From: Eledone cirrhosa
Taxonomy: Eukaryota
DNA: 64,000 nt
Direction: 5' to 3'
NCBI GenBank assembly: GCA_964016885.1
Contig: OZ024743.1
Location: 1,798,001 to 1,862,000 of the forward strand
This document shows positions 1 to 15,000 of the stretch, one piece after another; the stretch's first letter is position 1; every line of letters starts with the position of its first letter. The notes under the pieces were generated by a model, which was given only the letters and a program-made list of their open reading frames with translations, had not been told where the DNA came from and ran no database searches. The position numbers were made by a program, and so were the translations under genes.

Positions 1-3000
1 CCTAACTTCAGTAGTGGACACTTAGCTTCATTACGGACACCTAACTTCAGTAGTGGACACTTAGCTTCATTACGGACACCTAACTTCGGTAGTGGACACT
101 CCGCTTCATTGCGGACACCTAACTTCGGTAGTGGACATTTAGCTTCGTTGTGGACACCTAACTTCGGTAGTGGACACTTAGCTTCATTGTGGACACCTAA
201 CTTCGGTAGTGGACACTTAGCTTCATTGTGGACACCTAACTTCGGTAGTGGACACTTAGCTTCATTGTGGACACCTAATTTCGGTAGTGGACACTTAGTT
301 TCATTGTGGACACCTAACTTCGGTAGTGGACACTCAGCTTCATTGTGGACACCTAACTTCGGTAGTGGACACTTAGCTTCATTGCGGACACCTAACTTCG
401 GTAGTGGACACTCAGCTTCATTGTGGACACCTAACTTCGGTAGTGGACACTTAGCTTCATTACGGACACCTAACTTCAGTAGTGGACACTTAGCTTCATT
501 GTAGACACATAACTTCGGTAGTGGACACTTAGCTCCATTGTGGACACCTAACTTCGGTAGTGGACACTTAGCTTCATTGTGGACACCTAACTTCGGTAGT
601 GGACACTTAGCTTCATTGTGGACACCTAACTTCGGTAGTGGACACTCATCTTCATTGTGGACACCTAACTTCGGTAGTGGACACTCATCTTCATTGTGGA
701 CACCTAACTTCGGTAGTGGACACTTAGCTTCATTGCGGACACCTAACGTCAGTAGTGGACACTTAGCTTCATTGTGGACACCTAACTTCGGTAGTGGACA
801 CTTAGCTTCATTGTGGACACCTAACTTCGGTAGTGGACACTTAGCTTCATTGTGGACACCTAACGTCGGTAGTGGACACTTAGCTTCATTGTGGACACCT
901 AACTTCGGAAATGGACACTTAGCTTCATTGCGGACACCTAACTTCGGAAATGGACACTTAGCTTCATTGCGGACACCTAGCTTCGGAAATGGACACTTAG
1001 CTTCATTGCGGACACCTAACTTCGGTAGTGGACACTCAGCTTCATTGTGGACACCTAACTTCGGAAATGGACACTTAGGTTCATTGCGGACACCTAACTT
1101 CGGTAGTGGACACTTAGCTTCATTGCGGACACCTAACTTCGGTAGTGGACACTTAGCTTCATTGCGGACACCTAACTTCGGTAGTGGACACTCAGCTTCA
1201 TTGTGGACACCTAAATTCGGAAATGGACACTTAGCTTCATTGCGGACACCTAACTTCGGTAGTGGACACTTAGCTTCATTGCGGACACCTAACTTCGGTA
1301 GTGGACACTTAGCTTCATTGCGGACACCTAACTTCGGTAGTGGACACTCAGCTTCATTGTGGACACCTAACTTCGGTAGTGGACACTCAGCTTCATTGTG
1401 GACACCTAACTTCGGTAGTGGACACTTAGCTTCATTGTGGACACCTAACTTCGGTAGTGGACACTTAGCTTCATTACGGACACCTAACTTCGGTAGTGGA
1501 CACTTAGCTTCATTGCGGACACCTAACTTCGGTATTGGACACTTAGCTTCATTGTGGACACCTAACTTCGGTAATGGACACTTAGCTTCATTGCGGACAC
1601 CTAACTTCGGTAGTGGACACTTAGCTTCATTGCGGACACCTAACTTCGGTAGTGGACACTTAGCTTCATTGCGGACACCTAACTTCGGTAGTGGACACTT
1701 AGCTTCATTGCGGGCACCTAACTTCGGTAGTGGACACTTAGCTTCATTGCGGACACCTAACTTCGGTAGTGGACACTTAGCTTCATTGCGGACACCTAAC
1801 TTAGGTAGTGGACACTCAGCTCCATTGTGGACACCTAACTTCGGTAGTGGACACTTAGCTTCATTACGGACACCTAACTTCGGTAGTAGACACTTAGCTT
1901 CATTGTGGACACCTAACTTCGGTAGTGGACGCTTAACTTCATTGCGGACACCTAATTTCAGTACTGGACACTTAGCTTCATTACGGACACCTAACTTCGG
2001 TAGTGGACACTTAGCTTCATTGTGGACACCTAACTTCGGTAGTGGACACTTAGCTTCATTGTGGACACCTAAATTCGGTAGTGGACACTTAGCTTCATTA
2101 CGGACACCTAACTTCGGTAGTGGACACTTAGCTTCATTACGGACACCTTATTTCGGTAGTGGACACTTAGCTTCATTGCGGACACCTAACTTCGGTAGTG
2201 GACACTCAGCTTCATTGTGGACACCTAACTTCGGTAATGGACACTTAGCTTCATTGCGGACACCTAACTTAGGTAGTGGACACTCAGCTTCATTGTGGAC
2301 ACCTAACTTCGGTAGTGGACACTTAGCTTCATTGTGGACACCTAACTTCGGTAGTGGACACTTAGCTTCATTGCGGACACCTAACTTCGGTAGTGGACAC
2401 TCAGCTTCATTGTGGACACCTAACTTTGGTAGTGGACACTTAGCTTCATTGTGGACACCTAATTTCGGTAGTGGAAACTTAGCTTCATTGCGGACACCTA
2501 ACTTCGGTAGTGGACACTCAGCTTCATTGTGGACACCTAACTTCGGTAGTGGACACTCAGCTTCATTGTGGACACCTAACTTCGGTAGTGGACACTTAGC
2601 TTCATTGCAGACACCTAACTTCGGTAGTGGACACTTAGCTTCATTGCGGACACTTAACTTCGGTAGTGGACACTCAGCTTCATTGTGGACACCTAACTTC
2701 GGTAGTGGACACTTAGCTTCATTGCGGACACCTAACTTCGGTAGTGGAAACTCAGCTTCATTGTGGACACCTAACTTCGCTAGTGGACACTTAGCTTCAT
2801 TACGGACACCTAACTTCGGTAGTGGACACTTAGCTTCATTGTGGACACCTAACTTCGGTAGTGGACACTTAGCTTCATTGTGGACACCTAACTTCGGTAG
2901 TGGACACTTAGCTTCATTACGGACACCTAACTTCGGTAGTGGACACTTAGCTTCATTGTGGACACCTAAGTTCGGTAGTGGACACTCAGCTTCATTGTGG

Positions 3001-6000
3001 ACACCTAACTTCGGTAGTGGACACTTAGCTTCATTACGGACACCTAACTTCGGTAGTGGACACTTAGCTTCATTACGGACACCTTATTTCGGTAGTGGAG
3101 ACTTAGCTTCATTGCGGACACCTAACATCGGTAGTGGACACTCAGCTTCATTGTGGACACCTAACTTCGGAAATGGACACTTAGCTTCATTGCGGACACC
3201 TAACTTCGGTAGTGGACACTCAGCTTCATTGTGGACACCTAACTTCGGTAGTGGACACTTAGCTTCATTGCGGACACCTAACTTCGGTAGTGGACACTTA
3301 GCTTCATTGCGGACACCTAACTTCGGTAGTGGACACTCAGCTTCATTGGGGACGCCTAACTTTGGTAGTGGACACTTAGCTTCATTGCGGACACCTAACT
3401 TCGGTAGTGGACACTTAGCTTCATTGCGGACACCTAACTTCGGTAGTGGACACTAAGCTTCATTGTGGACACCTAACTTCGGTAGTGGACACTCAGCTTC
3501 ATTGTGGACACCTAACCTCGGTAGTAGACACTTAGCTTCATTGTGGACACCTATGTTCGGTAGTGGACGCTTAACTTCATTGCGGACACCTAACTTCGGT
3601 AGTGGACACTTAGCTTCATTGCGGACACCTAACTTCGGTAGTGGACACTTAGCTTCATTGCGGACACCTAACTTCGGTAGTGGACACTTAGCTTCATTGC
3701 GGACACCTAACTTCGGTAGTGGACACTTAGCTTCATTGCGGACACCTAACTTAGGTAGTGGACACTCAGCTTCATTACGGACACCTAACTTCGGTAGTGG
3801 ACACTTAGCTTCATTACGGACACCTTATTTCGGTAGTGGACACTTAGCTTCATTGCGGACACCTAACTTCGGTAGTGGACACTCAGCTTCATTGTGGACA
3901 CCTAACTTCGGTAATGGACACTTAGCTTCATTACGGACACCTAACTTCGGTAGTGGAAACTTAGCTTCATTGCGGACACCTAACTTCGGTAGTGGACACT
4001 CAGCTTCATTGTGGAAACCTAACTTCGGTAGTGGACACTCAGCTTCATTGTGGACACCTAGCTTCAGTAGTGGACACTTAGCTTCATTGCGGACACTTAA
4101 CTTCGGTAGTGGACACTCAGCTTCATTGTGGACACCTAACTTCTGTAGTGGACACTTAGCTTCATTGCGGACACCTAACTTCGGTAGTGGACACTCAGCT
4201 TCATTGTGGACACCTAACTTCGCTAGTGGACACTTAGCTTCATTACGGACACCTAACTTCGGTAGTGGACACTTAGCTTCATTGTGGACACCTAACTTCG
4301 GTAGTGGACACTTAGCTTCATTGTGGACACCTAACTTCGGTAGTGGACACTTAGCTTCATTACGGACACCTAACTTCGGTAGTGGACACTTAGCTTCATT
4401 GTGGACACCTAAGTTCGGTAGCGGACACTTAACTTCATTGCGGACACCAAACTTCGGTAGTGGACACTTAGCTTCATTGTGGACACCTAACTTCGGTAGT
4501 GGACACTTAGCTTCATTACGGACACCTTATTTCGGTAGTGGACACTTAGCTTCATTGCGGACACCTAACTTCGGTAGTGGACACTCAGCTTCATTGTGGA
4601 CACCTAACTTCGGTAGTGGACACTTAGCTTCTTTACGGACACCTAACTTCGGTAGTGGACACTTAGCATCATTACGGACACCTTATTTCGGTAGTGGACA
4701 CTTAGCTTCATTGCGGACACCTAACTTCGGTAGTGGACACTTAGCTACATTGCGGACACCTAACGTCAGTAGTGGACACTTAGCTTCATTGTGAACACCT
4801 AACTTCGGTAGTGGACACTTAGCTTCATTGCGGACACCTAACGTCAGTAGTGGACACTTAGCTTCATTGTGGACACCTAACTTCGGTAGTGGACACTTAG
4901 CTTCATTGTGGACACCTAAATTCGGTAGTGGACACTTAGCTTCATTACGGACACCTAACGTCAGTAGTGGACACTTAGCTTCATTGTGGACACCTAACGT
5001 CGGTAGTGGACACTTAGCTTCATTGTGGACACCTAACTTCGGAAATGGACACTTAGCTTCATTACGGACACCTAACTTCGGAAATGGACACTTAGCTTCA
5101 CTGCGGACACCTAACTTCGGAAATGGACACTTAGCTTCATTGCGGACACCTAACTTCGGTAGTGGACTCTCAGCTTCATTGTGGACACCTAACTTCGGAA
5201 ATGGACACTTAGCTTCATTGCGGACACCTAACTTCGGTAGTGGACACTTAGCTTCATTGCGGACACCTAACTTCGGTAGTGGACACTTAGCTTCATTGTG
5301 GACACCTAGCTTCGGAAATGGACACTTAGCTTCATTGCGGACACCTAACTTCGGAAATTGACACTTAGCTTCATTGCGGACACCTAACTTCGGTAGTGGA
5401 CACTCAGCTTCATTGTGGACACCTAACTTCGGAAATGGACACTTAGCTTCATTGCGGACACCTAACTTCGGTAGTGGACACTTAGCTTCATTGCGGACAC
5501 CTAACTTCGGTAGTGGACACTTAGCTTCATTGTGGACACCTAACTTCGGTAGTGGGCACTTAGCTTCATTGCGGACACCTAACTTCGGTAGTGGACACTT
5601 AGCTTCATTGCGGACACCTAACTTCGGTAGTGGACACTTAGCTTCATTGTGGACACCTAACTTCGGTAGTGGACACTTAGCTTCATTGTGGACACCTAAC
5701 TTCGGTAGTGGACACTTAGCTTCATTGCGGACACCTAACTTCGGTAGTGGACACTTAGCTTCATTACGAAGACCTAACTTCAGTAGTGGACACTTAGCTT
5801 CATTGTGGACACCTAACTTCGGTAGTGGACACTTAGCTTCATTGCGGACACCTAACTTCGGTAGTGGACACCTAGCTTCATTGCGGACACCTAACTTCGG
5901 TAGTGGACACTCAGCTTCATTGTGGACACCTAACTTTGGTAGTGGACACTTAGCTTCATTACGGACACCTAACTTCGGTAGTAGACACTTAGCTTCATTG

Positions 6001-9000
6001 TGGACACCTAACTTCGGTAGTGGACGCTTAACTTCATTGCGGACACCTAACTTCAGTAGTGGACACTTAGCTTCATTACGGACACCTAACTTCGGTAGTG
6101 GACACTTAGCTTCATTGTGGACACCTAACTTCGGTAGTGGACACTTAGCTTCATTGTGGACACCTAACTTCGGTAGTGGACACTTAGCTTCATTACGGAC
6201 ACCTAACTTCGGTAGTGGACACTTAGCTTCATTACGAACACCTTATTTCGGTAGTGGACACTTAGCTTCATTGCGGACACCTAACTTCGGTAGTGGACAC
6301 TCAGCTTCATTGTGGACACCTAACTTCGGTAATGGACACTTAGCTTCATTGCGGACACCTAACTTAGGTAGTGGACACTCAGCTTCATTGTGGACACCTA
6401 ACTTCGGTAGTGGACACTTAGCTTCATTGCGGACACCTAACTTCGGTAGTGGACACTTAGCTTCATTGCGGACACCTAACTTCGGTAGTGGACACTCAGC
6501 TTCATTGTGGACACCTAACTTTGGTAGTGGACACTTAGCTTCATTGTGGACACCTAACTTCGGTAGTGGAAACTTGGCTTCATTGCGGACACCTAACTTC
6601 GGTAGTGGACACTCAGCTTCATTGTGGACACCTAACTTCGGTAGTGGACACTCAGCTTCATTGTGGACACCTAACTTCGGTAGTGGACACTTAGCTTCAT
6701 TGCGGACACCTAACTTCGGTAGTGGACACTTAGCTTCATTGCGGACACTTAACTTCGATAGTGGACACTCAGCTTCATTGTGGACACCTAACTTCGGTAG
6801 TGGACACTTAGCTTCATTGCGGACACCTAACTTCGGTAGTGGACACTCAGCTTCATTGTGGACACCTAACTTCGCTAGTGGACACTTAGCTTCATTACGG
6901 ACACCTAACTTCGGTAGTGGACACTTAGCTTCATTGTGGACACCTAACTTCGGTAGTGGACACTTAGCTTCATTGTGGACACCTAACTTCGGTAGTGGAC
7001 ACTTAGCTTCATTACGGACACATAACTTCGGTAGTGGACACTTAGCTTCATTGTGGACACCTAACTTCGGTAGTGGACACTTAGCTTCATTGTGGACACC
7101 TAACTTCGGTAGTGGACACTTAGCTTCATTACGGACACATAACTTCGGTAGTGGACACTCAGCTTCATTGTGGACACCTAACTTCGGAAATGGACACTTA
7201 GCTTCATTGCGGACACCTAACTTCGGTAGTGGACACTTAGCTTCATTGCGGACACCTAACGTCGGTAGTGGACACTTAGCTTCATTGTGGACACCTAGCT
7301 TCGGAAATGGACACTTAGCTTCATTGCGGACACCTAACTTCGGAAATTGACACTTAGCTTCATTGCGGACACCTAACTTCGGTAGTGGACACTCAGCTTC
7401 ATTGTGGACACCTAACTTCGGAAATGGACACTTAGCTTCATTGCGGACACCTAACTTCGGTAGTGGACACTTAGCTTCATTGCGGACACCTAACTTCGGT
7501 AGTGGACACTTAGCTTCATTGTGGACACCTAACTTCGGTAGTGGGCACTTAGCTTCATTGCGGACACCTAACTTCGGTAGTGGACACTTAGCTTCATTGC
7601 GGACACCTAACTTCGGTAGTGGACACTTAGCTTCATTGTGGACACCTAACTTCGGTAGTGGACACTTAGCTTCATTGTGGACACCTAACTTCGGTAGTGG
7701 ACACTTAGCTTCATTGCGGACACCTAAATTCGGTAGTGGACACTTAGCTTCATTACGGAGACCTAACTTCAGTAGTGGACACTTAGCTTCATTGTGGACA
7801 CCTAACTTCGGTAGTGGACACTTAGCTTCATTGCGGACACCTAACTTCGGTAGTGGACACCTAGCTTCATTGCGGACACCTAACTTCGGTAGTGGACACT
7901 CAGCTTCATTGTGGACACCTAACTTTGGTAGTGGACACTTAGCTTCATTACCGACACCTAACTTCGGTAGTAGACACTTAGCTTCATTGTGGACACCTAA
8001 CTTCGGTAGTGGACGCTTAACTTCATTGCGGACACCTAACTTCAGTAGTGGACACTTAGCTTCATTACGGACACCTAACTTCGGTAGTGGACACTTAGCT
8101 TCATTGTGGACACCTAACTTCGGTAGTGGACACTTAGCTTCATTGTGGACACCTAACTTCGGTAGTGGACACTTAGCTTCATTACGGACACCTAACTTCG
8201 GTAGTGGACACTTAGCTTCATTACGAACACCTTATTTCGGTAGTGGACACTTAGCTTCATTGCGGACACCTAACTTCGGTAGTGGACACTCAGCTTCATT
8301 GTGGACACCTAACTTCGGTAATGGACACTTAGCTTCATTGCGGACACCTAACTTAGGTAGTGGACACTCAGCTTCATTGTGGACACCTAACTTCGGTAGT
8401 GGACACTTAGCTTCATTGCGGACACCTAACTTCGGTAGTGGACACTTAGCTTCATTGCGGACACCTAACTTCGGTAGTGGACACTCAGCTTCATTGTGGA
8501 CACCTAACTTTGGTAGTGAACACTTAGCTTCATTGTGGACACCTAACTTCGGTAGTGGAAACTTGGCTTCATTGCGGACACCTAACTTCGGTAGTGGACA
8601 CTCAGCTTCATTGTGGACACCTAACTTCGGTAGTGGACACTCAGCTTCATTGTGGACACCTAACTTCGGTAGTGGACACTTAGCTTCATTGCGGACACCT
8701 AACTTCGGTAGTGGACACTTAGCTTCATTGCGGACACTTAACTTCGATAGTGGACACTCAGCTTCATTGTGGACACCTAACTTCGGTAGTGGACACTTAG
8801 CTTCATTGCGGACACCTAACTTCGGTAGTGGACACTCAGCTTCATTGTGGACACCTAACTTCGCTAGTGGACACTTAGCTTCATTACGGACACCTAACTT
8901 CGGTAGTGGACACTTAGCTTCATTGTGGACACCTAACTTCGGTAGTGGACACTTAGCTTCATTGTGGACACCTAACTTCGGTAGTGGACACTTAGCTTCA

Positions 9001-12000
9001 TTACGGACACATAACTTCGGTAGTGGACACTTAGCTTCATTGTGGACACCTAACTTCGGTAGTGGACACTCAGCTTCATTGTGGACACCTAACTTCGGTA
9101 GTGGACACTTAGCTTCATTACGGACACCTAACTTCGGTAGTGGACACTTAGCTTCATTGTGGACACCTAACTTCGGTAGTGGACACTTAGCTTCATTGTG
9201 GACACCTAACTTCGGTAGTGGACACTTAGCTTCATTACGGACACCTAACTTCGGTAGTGGACACTTAGCTTCATTGTGGACACCTAAGTTCGGTAGCGGA
9301 CACTTAACTTCATTGCGGACACCAAACTTCGGTAGTGGACACTTAGCTTCATTGTGGACACCTAACTTCGGTAGTGGACACTTAGCTTCATTACGGACAC
9401 CTTATTTCGGTAGTGGACACTTAGCTTCATTGCGGACACCTAACTTCGGTAGTGGACACTCAGCTTCATTGTGGACACCTAACTTCGGTAGTGGACACTT
9501 AGCTTCTTTACGGACACCTAACTTCGGTAGTGGACACTTAGCATCATTACGGACACCTTATTTCGGTAGTGGACACTTAGCTTCATTGCGGACACCTAAC
9601 TTCGGTAGTGGACACTTAGCTACATTGCGGACACCTAACGTCAGTAGTGGACACTTAGCTTCATTGTGAACACCTAACTTCGGTAGTGGACACTTAGCTT
9701 CGTTGCGGACACCTAACGTCAGTAGTGGACACTTAGCTTCATTGTGGACACCTAACTTCGGTAGTGGACACTTAGCTTCATTGTGGACACCTAAATTCGG
9801 TAGTGGACACTTAGCTTCATTACGGACACCTAACGTCAGTAGTGGACACTTAGCTTCATTGTGGACACCTAACGTCGGTAGTGGACACTTAGCTTCATTG
9901 TGGACACCTAACTTCGGAAATGGACACTTAGCTTCATTACGGACACCTAACTTCGGAAATGGACACTTAGCTTCATTGCGGACACCTAACTTCGGAAATG
10001 GACACTTAGCTTCATTGCGGACACCTAACTTCGGTAGTGGACTCTCAGCTTCATTGTGGACACCTAACTTCGGAAATGGACACTTAGCTTCATTGCGGAC
10101 ACCTAACTTCGGTAGTGGACACTTAGCTTCATTGCGGACACCTAACTTCGGTAGTGGACACTTAGCTTCATTGTGGACACCTAGCTTCGGAAATGGACAC
10201 TTAGCTTCATTGCGGACACCTAACTTCGGAAATTGACACTTAGCTTCATTGCGGACACCTAACTTCGGTAGTGGACACTCAGCTTCATTGTGGACACCTA
10301 ACTTCGGAAATGGACACTTAGCTTCATTGCGGACACCTAACTTCGGTAGTGGACACTTAGCTTCATTGCGGACACCTAACTTCGGTAGTGGACACTTAGC
10401 TTCATTGTGGACACCTAACTTCGGTAGTGGGCACTTAGCTTCATTGCGGACACCTAACTTCGGTAGTGGACACTTAGCTTCATTGCGGACACCTAACTTC
10501 GGTAGTGGACACTTAGCTTCATTGTGGACACCTAACTTCGGTAGTGGACACTTAGCTTCATTGCGGACACCTAACTTCGGTAGTGGACACTTAGCTTCAT
10601 TACGGAGACCTAACTTCAGTAGTGGACACTTAGCTTCATTGTGGACACCTAACTTCGGTAGTGGACACTTAGCTTCATTGCGGACACCTAACTTCGGTAG
10701 TGGACACCTAGCTTCATTGCGGACACCTAACTTCGGTAGTGGACACTCAGCTTCATTGTGGACACCTAACTTTGGTAGTGGACACTTAGCTTCATTACGG
10801 ACACCTAACTTCGGTAGTAGACACTTAGCTTCATTGTGGACACCTAACTTCGGTAGTGGACGCTTAACTTCATTGCGGACACCTAACTTCAGTAGTGGAC
10901 ACTTAGCTTCATTACGGACACCTAACTTCGGTAGTGGACACTTAGCTTCATTGTGGACACCTAACTTCGGTAGTGGACACTTAGCTTCATTGTGGACACC
11001 TAACTTCGGTAGTGGACACTTAGCTTCATTACGGACACCTAACTTCGGTAGTGGACACTTAGCTTCATTACGAACACCTTATTTCGGTAGTGGACACTTA
11101 GCTTCATTGCGGACACCTAACTTCGGTAGTGGACACTCAGCTTCATTGTGGACACCTAACTTCGGTAATGGACACTTAGCTTCATTGCGGACACCTAACT
11201 TCGGTAGTGGACACTCAGCTTCATTGTGGACACCTAACTTCGCTAGTGGACACTTAGCTTCATTACGGACACCTAACTTCGGTAGTGGACACTTAGCTTC
11301 ATTGTGGACACCTAACTTCGGTAGTGGACACTTAGCTTCATTGTGGACACCTAACTTCGGTAGTGGACACTTAGCTTCATTACGGACACATAACTTCGGT
11401 AGTGGACACTTAGCTTCATTGTGGACACCTAACTTCGGTAGTGGACACTTAGCTTCATTGTGGACACCTAACTTCGGTAGTGGACACTTAGCTTCATTAC
11501 GGACACATAACTTCGGTAGTGGACACTCAGCTTCATTGTGGACACCTAACTTCGGAAATGGACACTTAGCTTCATTGCGGACACCTAACTTCGGTAGTGG
11601 ACACTTAGCTTCATTGCGGACACCTAACTTCGGTAGTGGACACTTAGCTTCATTGTGGACACCTAGCTTCGGAAATGGACACTTAGCTTCATTGCGGACA
11701 CCTAACTTCGGAAATTGACACTTAGCTTCATTGCGGACACCTAACTTCGGTAGTGGACACTCAGCTTCATTGTGGACACCTAACTTCGGAAATGGACACT
11801 TAGCTTCATTGCGGACACCTAACTTCGGTAGTGGACACTTAGCTTCATTGCGGACACCTAACTTCGGTAGTGGACACTTAGCTTCATTGTGGACACCTAA
11901 CTTCGGTAGTGGGCACTTAGCTTCATTGCGGACACCTAACTTCGGTAGTGGACACTTAGCTTCATTGCGGACACCTAACTTCGGTAGTGGACACTTAGCT

Positions 12001-15000
12001 TCATTGTGGACACCTAACTTCGGTAGTGGACACTTAGCTTCATTGTGGACACCTAACTTCGGTAGTGGACACTTAGCTTCATTGCGGACACCTAACTTCG
12101 GTAGTGGACACTTAGCTTCATTACGGAGACCTAACTTCAGTAGTGGACACTTAGCTTCATTGTGGACACCTAACTTCGGTAGTGGACACTTAGCTTCATT
12201 GCGGACACCTAACTTCGGTAGTGGACACCTAGCTTCATTGCGGACACCTAACTTCGGTAGTGGACACTCAGCTTCATTGTGGACACCTAACTTTGGTAGT
12301 GGACACTTAGCTTCATTACGGACACCTAACTTCGGTAGTAGACACTTAGCTTCATTGTGGACACCTAACTTCGGTAGTGGACGCTTAACTTCATTGCGGA
12401 CACCTAACTTCAGTAGTGGACACTTAGCTTCATTACGGACACCTAACTTCGGTAGTGGACACTTAGCTTCATTGTGGACACCTAACTTCGGTAGTGGACA
12501 CTTAGCTTCATTGTGGACACCTAACTTCGGTAGTGGACACTTAGCTTCATTGCGGACACCTAACTTCGGTAGTGGACACTTAGCTTCATTGCGGACACCT
12601 AACTTCGGTAGTGGACACTCAGCTTCATTGTGGACACCTAACTTTGGTAGTGGACACTTAGCTTCATTGTGGACACCTAACTTCGGTAGTGGAAACTTGG
12701 CTTCATTGCGGACACCTAACTTCGGTAGTGGACACTCAGCTTCATTGTGGACACCTAACTTCGGTAGTGGACACTCAGCTTCATTGTGGACACCTAACTT
12801 CGGTAGTGGACACTTAGCTTCATTGCGGACACCTAACTTCGGTAGTGGACACTTAGCTTCATTGCGGACACTTAACTTCGATAGTGGACACTCAGCTTCA
12901 TTGTGGACACCTAACTTCGGTAGTGGACACTTAGCTTCATTGCGGACACCTAACTTCGGTAGTGGACACTCAGCTTCATTGTGGACACCTAACTTCGCTA
13001 GTGGACACTTAGCTTCATTACGGACACCTAACTTCGGTAGTGGACACTTAGCTTCATTGTGGACACCTAACTTCGGTAGTGGACACTTAGCTTCATTGTG
13101 GACACCTAACTTCGGTAGTGGACACTTAGCTTCATTACGGACACATAACTTCGGTAGTGGACACTTAGCTTCATTGTGGACACCTAACTTCGGTAGTGGA
13201 CACTCAGCTTCATTGTGGACACCTAACTTCGGTAGTGGACACTTAGCTTCATTACGGACACCTAACTTCGGTAGTGGACATTTAGCTTCATTACGGACAC
13301 CTTATTTCGGTAGTGGACACTTAGCTTCATTGCGGACACCTAACTTCGGTAGTGGACACTCAGCTTCATTGTGGACACCTAACTTCGGAAATGGACACTT
13401 AGCTTCATTGCGGACACCTAACTTCGGTAGTGGACACTCAGCTTCATTGTGGACACCTGACTTCGGTAGTGGACACTTAGCTTCATTGCGGACACCTAAC
13501 TTCGGTAGTGGACACTTAGCTTCATTGCGGACACCTAACTTCGGTAGTGGACACTCAGCTTCATTGGGGACACCTAACTTTGGTAGTGGACACTTAGCTC
13601 CATTGCGGACACCTAACTTCGGTAGTGGACACTTAGCTTCATTGCGGACACCTAACTTCGGTAGTGGACACTCAGCTTCATTGTGGACACCTAACTTCGG
13701 TAGTGGACACTCAGCTTCATTGTGGACACCTAACCTCGGTAGTAGACACTTAGCTTCATTGTGGACACCTAGGTTCGGTAGTGGACGCTTAACTTCATTG
13801 CGGACACCTAACTTCGGTAGTGGACACTTAGCTTCATTGCGGACACCTAACTTCGGTAGTGAACACTTAGCTTCATTGCGGACACCTAACTTCGGTAGTG
13901 GACACTTAGCTTCATTGCGGACACCTAACTTCGGTAGTGGACACTTAGCTTCATTGCGGACACCTAACTTAGGTAGTGGTCACTCAGCTTCATTGTGGAC
14001 ACCTAACTTCGGTAATGGACACTTAGCTTCATTACGGACACCTAACTTCGGTAGTGGACACTTAGCTTCATTACGGACACCTTATTTCGGTAGTGGACAC
14101 TTAGCTTCATTGCGGACACCTAACTTAGGTAGTGGACACTCAGCTTCATTGTGGACACCTAACTTCGGTAATGGACACTTAGCTTCATTACGGACACCTA
14201 ACTTCGGTAGTGGACACTTAGCTTCATTGCGGACACCTAACTTCGGTAGTGGACACTCAGCTTCATTGTGGACACCTAACTTTGGTAGTGGACACTTAGC
14301 TTCATTGTGGACACCTAACTTCGGTAGTGGAAACTTAGCTTCATTGCGGACACCTAACTTCGGTAGTGGACACTTAGCTTCATTGCGGACACCTAACTTC
14401 GGTAGTGGAAACTCAGCTTCATTGTGGACACCTAACTTCGCTAGTGGACACTTAGCTTCATTACGGACACCTAACTTCGGTAGTGGACACTTAGCTTCAT
14501 TGTGGACACCTAACTTCGGTAGTGGACACTTAGCTTCATTGTGGACACCTAACTTAGGTAGTGGACACTCAGCTTCATTGTGGACACCTAACTTCGGTAG
14601 TGGACACTTAGCTTCATTACGGACACCTAACTTCGGTAGTGGACACTTAGCTTCATTACGGACACCTTATTTCGGTAGTGGAGACTCAGCTTCATTGTGG
14701 ACACCTAACTTCGGAAATGGACACTTAGCTTCATTGCGGACACCTAACTTCGGTAGTGGACACTCAGCTTCATTGTGGACACCTAACTTCGGTAGTGGAC
14801 ACTTAGCTTCATTGCGGACACCTAACTTCGGTAGTGGACACTTAGCTTCATTGCGGACACCTAACTTCGGTAGTGGACACTCAGCTTCATTGGGGACGCC
14901 TAACTTTGGTAGTGGACACTTAGCTTCATTGCGGACACCTAACTTCGGTAGTGGACACTTAGCTTCATTGCGGACACCTAACTTCGGTAGTGGACACTAA